DNA from: Flavobacteriaceae bacterium
GTDB taxonomy: Bacteria > Bacteroidota > Bacteroidia > Flavobacteriales > Flavobacteriaceae
DNA length: 45,876 bases
NCBI GenBank assembly: GCA_009886265.1
Contig: QXZR01000099.1
Location: forward strand, 1-45,876
Direction: 5' to 3'
Part shown: piece by piece, positions 39,342-45,876 of the stretch
Layout of the letters: every line of letters starts with the position of its first letter
How positions within the stretch are numbered: the first letter of the stretch is position 1
The notes under the pieces: generated by a model
Told to the model about the DNA's origin: nothing
What the model saw: the letters and a program-made list of their open reading frames with translations, nothing else
Databases searched by the model: none
Translations under genes and position numbers: made by a program

Positions 39342-40478
39342 ATGATTAATAAAAGGCTGCTCATCAAAAGCTTGCTAGCGCACAACGATGAAAACAGTTT
39401 TTACGATAAAAAAAGACAGCTGAATTTAAGCCAGCGCGAAGGCAAGGCTAAATTCCTAAAACACATTTGTGCCCTTTCGAATTCCAACCCAAAAAATAAC
39501 TCATACATCGTTGTGGGCGTAGATGACGGCGACAGCAGCATTCGCGGAGTAGACTTTTTTGATGACGCCAAGCTGCAAAACCTCATCAATGCTTATTTGG
39601 AAAACCCGCCTGTGGTGCTCTACGAAAATATTCACTTTCCGCATTTGGCTGAGGGTAAGGTTGTGGGCTTGGTGACCATCAGACCCACCAATAAAATAAC
39701 AGCATTGCGAAAAAACATTTGGAAATATTTTGGGGGTGCTGTGTTTTTTAGAGATGGTAGTATCTCCGTATCCAAGGTTTTTGACATTGAGCTGCTAGAC
39801 ACCAATTCCGCAGTAGTAGCAGAAATTGAAAAGCACGCCCAAAACAACATCGAACTAACGCTTGACGGCGTTGTTGATTTTATGAACCGCCACGATGAAG
39901 TACTAAAACCCAGCTACAAGGTTTTTAAGGAGTCGTTTGTACTTTGCTGGGCGGGACTGGAAAAAAAGGAGAAAGGAAGGGCTTATTATTCAAGAGTGGA
40001 TGTTGAACTCATCAACGAGCATGTTAAATTGTTCTACTCCACCCATGATGAGGTGGAAATTGAAATGGACGCGCATTCGTTTAGTATTATTGAATATGTC
40101 CGTTTGGGGTTTCATCATGCATACAAATACTACCCCCTTGAGCGGGTTTCTTTTTTGTTTGATAATAAAGGCTCTTACCAAATTGATTCGGCTTTTTTGT
40201 TTGAACCCCCTAAATATGAAAAGAAGCTGCTGCACCACATCTATAATGCCAACAATGCCTTGGGCGAAAAGCTGCTCAAAAGCCTAAGCCTGACCAAAAA
40301 CGATAAGGAAGATTTGGGCAACTTGGCACCTACCTATATGCTGTGTTACCTCAATGGTTTTGAAGAAGCACTCGACAAATTAAACGAACTCACTGCCGTG
40401 ATCAAGCAACATAGCGAACACGCCTACCAAGGGCTAAAAGACACCCAGCGGATTTTGCGGAAGATTAAATATCATTAA
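39342..40478 (+). CDS. AlbA_2 (Schlafen-like, 'divergent AAA') domain protein with uncharacterised C-terminal region
   Basis: N-terminal ~150 aa: E..FYDKK....S.....KFLKHICALSNSNPKNNSYIVVGVDD..SSIRGV follows the AlbA_2 pattern (E.K......i.k.i.AfaN..GG.liiGV.D.g.i.G). The remaining ~230 aa have no family I recognise. Confidence 0.6.
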   Translation: MINKRLLIKSLLAHNDENSFYDKKRQLNLSQREGKAKFLKHICALSNSNPKNNSYIVVGVDDGDSSIRGVDFFDDAKLQNLINAYLENPPVVLYENIHFPHLAEGKVVGLVTIRPTNKITALRKNIWKYFGGAVFFRDGSISVSKVFDIELLDTNSAVVAEIEKHAQNNIELTLDGVVDFMNRHDEVLKPSYKVFKESFVLCWAGLEKKEKGRAYYSRVDVELINEHVKLFYSTHDEVEIEMDAHSFSIIEYVRLGFHHAYKYYPLERVSFLFDNKGSYQIDSAFLFEPPKYEKKLLHHIYNANNALGEKLLKSLSLTKNDKEDLGNLAPTYMLCYLNGFEEALDKLNELTAVIKQHSEHAYQGLKDTQRILRKIKYH

Positions 40479-41031
40479 GAAGTTGGTGCGTTTGCATGTA
40501 TGCAATAACCCCGTCCGGCAACCAAGCTTTTAGCTGCTGCATATCCTTTGTTTCACGTATGCTTGTGGCAGCAATATCCAATAAAGGAGCTTGAAGACGT
40601 TGGTGTGCTGGAAATGCATCTAAAGAAATATCATTTCTGGGGTAAATCAACAACGGAAATTGCTTGATATAAGCCGCATTTTGCCAGCCGTCCAATCCAA
40701 CGGCACTGTCGGCGCCCATCAGCATGATATAGGCGTTATCAGGATGCTCATCCGTCAGTTTTCGAAGGGTATTTGCTGTATAACTCGGCTTGGGCATGTG
40801 CAGCTCAATATCGTTGGCCACCAAACCATCATAAGGCGCTAAGGCCTGTGTTAACATATTCCAGCGGTGCTCTTCTGGCAAAAGCGCAGCCGTATTTTTA
40901 TGTGGATTTTGTGGGGTCAGGATATAATGTACCTCGTCTGCCTTTTGCTGATCGAGTACCGCTTGACCAATACCAATATGTCCGTTGTGAATGGGATTAA
41001 AACTTCCGAAAAATAGCGCAATCCGCTTCAT
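40465..41031 (-). CDS. nadD: Nicotinate-nucleotide adenylyltransferase
   Basis: 188 aa. FGSFNPIHNGH (HxGH) and the ISST-like SIRE region. Confidence 0.9.
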   Translation of the reverse strand: MKRIALFFGSFNPIHNGHIGIGQAVLDQQKADEVHYILTPQNPHKNTAALLPEEHRWNMLTQALAPYDGLVANDIELHMPKPSYTANTLRKLTDEHPDNAYIMLMGADSAVGLDGWQNAAYIKQFPLLIYPRNDISLDAFPAHQRLQAPLLDIAATSIRETKDMQQLKAWLPDGVIAYMQTHQLLNDI

Positions 41032-41600
41032 CCTGCCAAGAAGTTACTAATGTATTCTTCCGTTTCGCTTTTGGCAGTTTCCAAATGGTCGTTTACCACG
41101 ACAGCATCAAATTCGTTGGCGCGCGCCATTTCGACATTTGCCTTGTCCAATCGCATGGCAATTTTATCTGTACTGTCCGTACCCCGTTGGCGCAAGCGCT
41201 CCGCCAAGGCTTCCGTGCTCGGAGGTTTGATGAATATGGAAAGGGTATTGTTGGGAAATTGTTTTTTGATGTTTAATCCGCCTACCACGTCTATGTCAAA
41301 CACCACGTTTTTACCCAATGCCCAAATGCGGTCTAGCTCAGATTTTAATGTGCCATAAAACATGCCTGGGTACACCTCTTCGTATTCGGCAAAAGCGCCT
41401 TCAGCAATTTTTGCTTTAAAAGCTGCTTCGGAGAGAAAGTAGTAGTCTTTGCCGTCAACCTCTTGCCCTCTTGGTGGCCTTGAAGTAGCCGACACAGAAA
41501 ATGCCAAGTTGAGGTTTTCCTGAGCGAGCAAGTGTTTGGCAATGGTTGTTTTTCCACTACCCGAAGGGGCCGATAAAACAATGCATTTTCCCGTTTTCAT
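41028..41600 (-). CDS. gmk: Guanylate kinase
   Basis: 190 aa. P-loop SAPSGSGKTT, plus TSRPPRGQEVDGKDYYF. Confidence 0.95.
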   Translation of the reverse strand: MKTGKCIVLSAPSGSGKTTIAKHLLAQENLNLAFSVSATSRPPRGQEVDGKDYYFLSEAAFKAKIAEGAFAEYEEVYPGMFYGTLKSELDRIWALGKNVVFDIDVVGGLNIKKQFPNNTLSIFIKPPSTEALAERLRQRGTDSTDKIAMRLDKANVEMARANEFDAVVVNDHLETAKSETEEYISNFLAG

Positions 41601-42460
41601 TACAAGGCGTTGAGTACTTGTTCTTTGATGCGCTCCAAAGCATCTTTCATGCTTACAACAGATTTTTGTAAGTCTGCATCGTTGGCTTTAGATCCAATGG
41701 TATTGATTTCACGTCCCATTTCTTGGGCAATAAATCCTAGTTTTTTGCCTTTGGTAGGGGTGTTTTCGTCTAGGTTGGTTTGGAAATAATCGAGGTGGTG
41801 CTGCAAGCGTACCAACTCTTCGTTGATGTCCCATTTTTCGAGGTAATAGACCAGCTCTTGCTCCAAGCGTTCTTGGTCGTAATCTAGGGTGAGTTGACGC
41901 AATTGTTCGTGTAGTTTTTGCTTGCGTGTTGCAATGCGCGTGTCGGCTTGCGCAGCTATGCTTTTGAGCTGTGCTTTGATTTGCTCCAATTGATTGGTGA
42001 GGTCTTGCCCCAAAGAAATACCTTCTTGCTGGCGGTAAGCAACCAATGCTCCCGCTGCTTTTTTAAGAGTACTTAAAAAGACTTCTTGCTCCTCGTCCGA
42101 AATGCTATCATCTGCCGATGCAAATACATTGGGCATGCGCATCACGGTTGGCAAAAGCGCCTCGTCTGACAAAGGAGAAATGGCTTTTAATTCTTGAATG
42201 TAGTGCGCTACAACGGCTTTGTTGATCGGTGCTGCATCTTGACCAGCAACCCATTCTTCAAATACATTAACCTCACATTTGCCGCGGTGCAACAGCGCTG
42301 TTAGCTGTTTGCGCGCAGGTAGGTCAAGGCCTCTGTAGCGTGCAGGTGTACGGAAATTAAGATCAAATGATTTGCTGTTGAGCGACTTAATTTCAACGCG
42401 CAATTTTCTGCCTTGTGCATTAAACTCCGCTTTGCCGTAGCCTGTCATGGATAGAATCAT
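41600..42460 (-). CDS. yicC: YicC-family stress-induced protein (endoribonuclease YicC)
   Basis: 286 aa. SMTGYG N-terminus and C-terminal EMGREINTIGSKAND...V..K...E.IKEQVLN motifs. Confidence 0.9.
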   Translation of the reverse strand: MILSMTGYGKAEFNAQGRKLRVEIKSLNSKSFDLNFRTPARYRGLDLPARKQLTALLHRGKCEVNVFEEWVAGQDAAPINKAVVAHYIQELKAISPLSDEALLPTVMRMPNVFASADDSISDEEQEVFLSTLKKAAGALVAYRQQEGISLGQDLTNQLEQIKAQLKSIAAQADTRIATRKQKLHEQLRQLTLDYDQERLEQELVYYLEKWDINEELVRLQHHLDYFQTNLDENTPTKGKKLGFIAQEMGREINTIGSKANDADLQKSVVSMKDALERIKEQVLNAL

Positions 42461-42509
42461 ATCGCTTTATTAAAGCGCAAAGGTACAAAACAGGCGGTGA
42501 GTGTTTGCC

Positions 42510-43427
42510 CTAAGGCCCACCGTGCTTAAAGGAAGCATCGGGTGTGCCCCGAAAATAAATCGGGGAAGAAGGGAAATTGTCTGTTACCACATAGTAATAT
42601 TCGCTGTTGGCATCAGGCGTTTTTCCTGTGCGGCCATTGGCTTGATCAAGGGTTGAAATTCCTGAAACGTATTCATAGTCTTGAAAGTACAGGCCGTCAT
42701 AACATCCGTTAGGTGCGCTCACACCATCACCAGGGCGACTGCCTTCTATTAGACGATAACCACTTTCCAATGCTTCAACATTGCCATTGCTGTCATAGCC
42801 GTATTTATAATAAATGGGAAAGCCATCTGCAGCATAGCCCAACTTGATCATGGTCGTAGGGGTTTGTCCATTGGTCAAGGACTCAATAAAGGCATTGGGT
42901 GTGCCATGATAATGGTATTCTCCCGAAGGTTGTACGTGGGCGTTGTTACAATCAGTGCCCAAATTAACAGCAGATGTTAGTGCCGTTTCATTCCAACTAC
43001 GGTTGGGTTGGTTACCGTTCATAAAAAATTCTGCCGTGAACGGGTCTATGGCCACCCCACTAGAAAGAATGCCAAAATCGTATCCTTTGGCAGAAGTAAA
43101 CGTGGCAGCGGCTTGTGGGTTTATGGTAGTTTCAACCGAGTGGGTGTTGGCTGAAATGGTATTGGGGTTACCCGCTCTTGGGAAATTACCAACGGGGTGG
43201 TTGGCAATATTATTAAAGGTAATTAGACGTTTGTTCCCAACAATTTGTTCGTCGTATCGTGAATTCACCCCCAGTTTCGTTTCAATGTCTACGTTACAAC
43301 CAGAAGTATCAAGCGTGATGTCGTAAGTACTTACCGCATTTGCGCAGGCATCTGGAAGGACAACAATGTCCTCGTTTTCTTCTGTACAAGCGACACATAA
43401 CAACAGTAAAACAAAGGCTTTTCTCAT
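42510..43427 (-). CDS. YHYH-domain lipoprotein
   Basis: 305 aa. Lipoprotein-type signal (LLLLCVAC|T) and a GEYHYHGTPNAF motif that defines the YHYH family. Confidence 0.75.
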   Translation of the reverse strand: MRKAFVLLLLCVACTEENEDIVVLPDACANAVSTYDITLDTSGCNVDIETKLGVNSRYDEQIVGNKRLITFNNIANHPVGNFPRAGNPNTISANTHSVETTINPQAAATFTSAKGYDFGILSSGVAIDPFTAEFFMNGNQPNRSWNETALTSAVNLGTDCNNAHVQPSGEYHYHGTPNAFIESLTNGQTPTTMIKLGYAADGFPIYYKYGYDSNGNVEALESGYRLIEGSRPGDGVSAPNGCYDGLYFQDYEYVSGISTLDQANGRTGKTPDANSEYYYVVTDNFPSSPIYFRGTPDASFKHGGP

Positions 43428-43656
43428 AATGGATATTTGTTATTAGACCCCTAATATGGGAAAAAGTTTGTGGAAAGGTGAAAAAGAAATATAAAGGGGG
43501 TGGGGATTATTTTTTTGTTTAACTTTGCCTTAACGCTCCCCAAATGTGTTCTTAAAGCCAAGGCTTAACCTAATTTGATTTCTTTTCTTTTTGAGTTTTT
43601 GGGGTTTAATGCATCAGCCTATGGGTTGATTTTAACTTTTAAAAAACCCTTTTATT

Positions 43657-44307
43657 ATGAAAAAAATCATCTTATCAATTGTTTTAATAATATCTTTTTT
43701 TAGTTCCTATGGACAAACAAGGTTATTTGTAGATCCCGAATTTTCTAAACACGGCAATGATCACGAAATCATTGCTGTAATTCCTTTTGAAACAACCATA
43801 TCACTTCGTCCAAAAAAAATGAAAGAATTAAAGGAAGGGCAATTAGAAAAAATGCAACAAAATGAAAGTTATAACATACAGCAATCAATGTACTCCTGGT
43901 TTCTTAAAAGAAAACAACAAGGAAAGTTATGGGTTGAAGTCCAAGATGTCAACAAAACCAACGCTTTATTGAAGAAGGAAGGTATTTCATATTCAAACAT
44001 TAAGGATTTTACTGCTGAAGAAATTACAGCAATATTGGGCGTAGATGCTGTAATCAACGGTAGGTTTGAAACAAATAAACCCATGTCCGACGGAGTTGGT
44101 GCTGCGCTTGGTATACTGGTCGGGTTTTATGGCGCTACGAATAGAGCTACTATAAATATGTTTATTCATAACGCTGACGATGGAAAAATCCTCGTTAATT
44201 ACAACAAGGCTGTTTCGGGTTCAATCGGATCATCTACAGATCAATTGATTAATATCATAATGAGAAAAGCTTCAAGGAGGATTCCTTACACAAAGCCAAA
44301 AGAATAA
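43657..44307 (+). CDS. Secreted/periplasmic protein, hypothetical
   Basis: 216 aa with a signal peptide (MKKIILSIVLIISFFSSYGQ). Contains an AVIPFE motif and a Gly-rich hydrophobic stretch (GVGAALGILVGFYGA). Visibly AT-rich coding sequence. Confidence 0.6.
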   Translation: MKKIILSIVLIISFFSSYGQTRLFVDPEFSKHGNDHEIIAVIPFETTISLRPKKMKELKEGQLEKMQQNESYNIQQSMYSWFLKRKQQGKLWVEVQDVNKTNALLKKEGISYSNIKDFTAEEITAILGVDAVINGRFETNKPMSDGVGAALGILVGFYGATNRATINMFIHNADDGKILVNYNKAVSGSIGSSTDQLINIIMRKASRRIPYTKPKE

Positions 44308-44330
44308 TGCTACTGGAATCAAAAAACTTA

Positions 44331-44888
44331 ATGATGAAAAAAACCTATTTACTAGCGCTCATTGCTTTTGGCACATTTAACCTCGCACTAGCGCAAAACA
44401 ATTCCGATGCAGACCAAATCGAGTGGAACAGCATCATCTTGGTTTCCAAAACCGGAGGCATAAACACCTCAGGACTAGATGTAGAATATTTGCAAAACAC
44501 CAACCAGTGGTGGGGTAATTGGCTGATACCTGTAAGTGCTGGATTTAGAACTACGGATTTAAACGATAAGGCGTTTAAGAAAACTAATTATCAGAGTGCA
44601 TCAATAGGACAGCTAACGATTGGGCTAAGTGGTTATAATCCGCTGTCGAAATCGGTTTTACTAAACGTTAAGGTTGGTGTATTGGTTGGAAATGAAAACC
44701 TAACAAACTTTTCTGGTGAAACGGATGAACGCATCTTTGTTGGGGCTCATTCTTTTCAAGGCGTTATGATAATACCCCAAACCAAGTTGCCAATTGTTAT
44801 AAAAGCAGGTGTATATGAAGAAGCCTTGAACTCAAAGCTGTACAACTTTGATATAGGCTTTAAGATTGGCGTGGGTGTGCACTTTTGA
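44331..44888 (+). CDS. Small predicted outer-membrane beta-barrel protein, hypothetical
   Basis: Signal peptide from MMKKTYLLALIAFGTFNLALAQ, alternating hydrophobic beta-strand pattern and a C-terminal ...GVGVHF aromatic end. The track start at 44307 overlaps the upstream stop by 1 nt, but the signal peptide begins at 44331. Confidence 0.55.
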   Translation: MMKKTYLLALIAFGTFNLALAQNNSDADQIEWNSIILVSKTGGINTSGLDVEYLQNTNQWWGNWLIPVSAGFRTTDLNDKAFKKTNYQSASIGQLTIGLSGYNPLSKSVLLNVKVGVLVGNENLTNFSGETDERIFVGAHSFQGVMIIPQTKLPIVIKAGVYEEALNSKLYNFDIGFKIGVGVHF

Positions 44889-45370
44889 GTGGCTTAAAAC
44901 ATAAAAATGATTTTCGTTTTTTGTTCATTTTTGATATAAAAAGAAGCCGTTTTATTGATTTTATAGGCTTTTTTAGGCATTTTTAACTTGTTTTAGTCTT
45001 TTTTTAAGAAAATACATCTTGCGTTTTTTCGCTGTTTTGACAAGAAAAAGTGAACGCTTCCAAAAAACACGGTTTTTCAACATCCTAAAAAACACGCTTT
45101 TGCTCTTTTTTTGATAAAAAAACGCTAAAAACAGCTTACATCAGACAATAATTACTCTTTTTTTGTCTTTTTTTGTAAAAATCAGTTTTGTAAAAATGCT
45201 ACTTTTTAGCACAGTGGATAAACAAGCGTAAAATCACGTTTTTTAAATACGCTAAATTGCTCATTTTTGACTCAAAATGGAGCAAAACAAGCTATTTTTT
45301 GATATTTTTTTTGATTTTTTGAACAAAATTGAAATAAAATTTGTTTTTATATTTTACTGAAAGCTTTGCC
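44889..45370. other. Long A/T-tract-rich noncoding block between convergent gene ends
   Basis: No ORF over 27 codons. Dense A5-8/T5-8 runs and recurring short modules (see findings). Confidence 0.8.
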
Positions 45371-45715
45371 TCAATCTACACAATCACCCCCGGCGAGCCA
45401 GGCATCATGCCCATCGTTAAGCGCAAGCACCAAGTTTCGGCCATTATAAGTCTTGCTGACAATCCCTTTAATGCTTCCCGTTCCGCTAGGCAAGGGCAAA
45501 TCCTTAAAAGCCGCAAAGGCACTGGTCTCCAACAAAAAAGGCACTTTGCTTTGGCCTTCGCAGGCTTCCATCTTGCGCTGGGTGTCGTAATAATCCTTGG
45601 GGTCAACAAAAGGCTTCCCTTGTTCTGCAGCAGCAAAGCGCACATTGGCAACTTCCACATACATTCCAATATGGCTGTTGTTTATTTCAGAAAACAGCAC
45701 GGGGCGTGGCAGCAC
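45371..45715 (-). CDS. Hypothetical protein or C-terminal part of a longer disrupted gene (OB-fold-like, possibly DUF5689-like)
   Basis: 114-aa ORF from GTG 45715 with protein-like sequence (...YVEVANVRF...LETSAFAAFKDLPLPSGTGSIKGIVSKTYNGRNLVL...). The same frame stays open upstream to 45871 with no start codon. Confidence 0.5.
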   Translation of the reverse strand: MLPRPVLFSEINNSHIGMYVEVANVRFAAAEQGKPFVDPKDYYDTQRKMEACEGQSKVPFLLETSAFAAFKDLPLPSGTGSIKGIVSKTYNGRNLVLALNDGHDAWLAGGDCVD

Positions 45716-45807
45716 CTCCGCTGTTGTTTTGGAACGAAAGAAGTGGTCTTGGATATCAAGTGCGCGAAGGTGTGTTACCTCATCGCCGTCTTCATTCAGC
45801 TCACCCC

Positions 45808-45876
45808 CTACTGAAACAACGCCTTTAGTTCCGTGGCATCTTCGGGTTTGAGTTTGCCTGCCAAAATAAGGCTAAG
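45808..45876 (-). CDS. 3' end of a gene entering from the right edge (or upstream part of the 45371..45715 gene before a frameshift)
   Basis: My translation of the minus frame from the window edge gives ...LSLILAGKLKPEDATELKALFQ* with TAG at 45810..45808. Too short to assign. Confidence 0.3.
   Translation of the reverse strand, partial: LSLILAGKLKPEDATELKALFQ

Noticed and set aside
45277-45360. 27-codon ORF (MEQNKLFFDIFFDFLNKIEIKFVFIFY) inside the A/T block.
   Set aside because: Its Phe/Ile/Lys-rich sequence is what T/A runs encode by default. It has no promoter motif or other supporting signal.
44889-45370. Calling the A/T-rich block the chromosomal origin (oriC).
   Set aside because: I could find only one 8/9 DnaA-box match (45213-45221). 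There is no dnaA or dnaN nearby, and no skew information is available from a 46-kb window. It is kept as a hypothesis in the findings, not as a feature call.
45341-45814. 157-aa + strand ORF, and the 97-aa minus alternate-frame ORF (45376..45669).
   Set aside because: Both overlap the minus-strand frame, which has far more protein-like composition and motif content. The + strand product is Cys/His/Arg-rich junk-like sequence.
1-45876. Searched by eye for CRISPR arrays, tRNA/rRNA genes, IS elements, integrases, toxin-antitoxin pairs and known defence-system signatures.
   Set aside because: I found no regularly spaced repeats, no GC-rich structured RNA-like intergenic segments, no transposase or recombinase motifs, and no small paired ORFs of TA type. 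The remaining nested ORFs in the track are antisense or alternate-frame shadows of well-supported genes.

Overview
This is a compact, mostly housekeeping chromosomal segment that looks like Bacteroidota, probably Flavobacteriia. The evidence is a Bat/MoxR aerotolerance operon, a CarbopepD-type TonB-dependent receptor, HemJ and DUF3109 families, and exact TAnnTTTG -7 promoter motifs. I found no rRNA, tRNA, CRISPR array, transposase or integrase.

Content from left to right:
- A partial dGTPase gene running off the left edge; it is absent from the ORF track.
- A TonB-dependent receptor, a beta-helix-like lipoprotein and a PiT phosphate transporter with a PhoU-like tail.
- nrdBA (class Ia ribonucleotide reductase).
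- A run of small conserved genes: DUF3109, MarC, dCMP deaminase, HupE/UreJ, a DjlA-like J-protein, a methyltransferase, a bacilliredoxin and PlsC.
- A heme-biosynthesis divergon: AraC-hemH-hemJ-orphan histidine kinase on the minus strand, facing hemA-C-D-E-F-B on the plus strand.
- A serine hydrolase, a PolB-type exonuclease and a small membrane protein.
- gpsA, pheS and cvpA.
- The 8-gene moxR-DUF58-X-batABCDE operon.
- A stand-alone AlbA_2/Schlafen-like protein.
- nadD-gmk-yicC.
- A YHYH lipoprotein and two small secreted or outer-membrane proteins.
- A 482-bp A/T-tract block, followed by a possibly frameshifted gene at the right edge.

I cannot point to a clear new multi-gene system. The items most worth a second look are:
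- The 482-bp repeat-laden noncoding block between convergent gene ends (44889-45370).
- The regulator-bracketed heme divergon.
- The enlarged third gene of the Bat operon.
- The orphan AlbA_2-domain protein.

All functional calls rest on motif and family recognition by eye; no searches were run.
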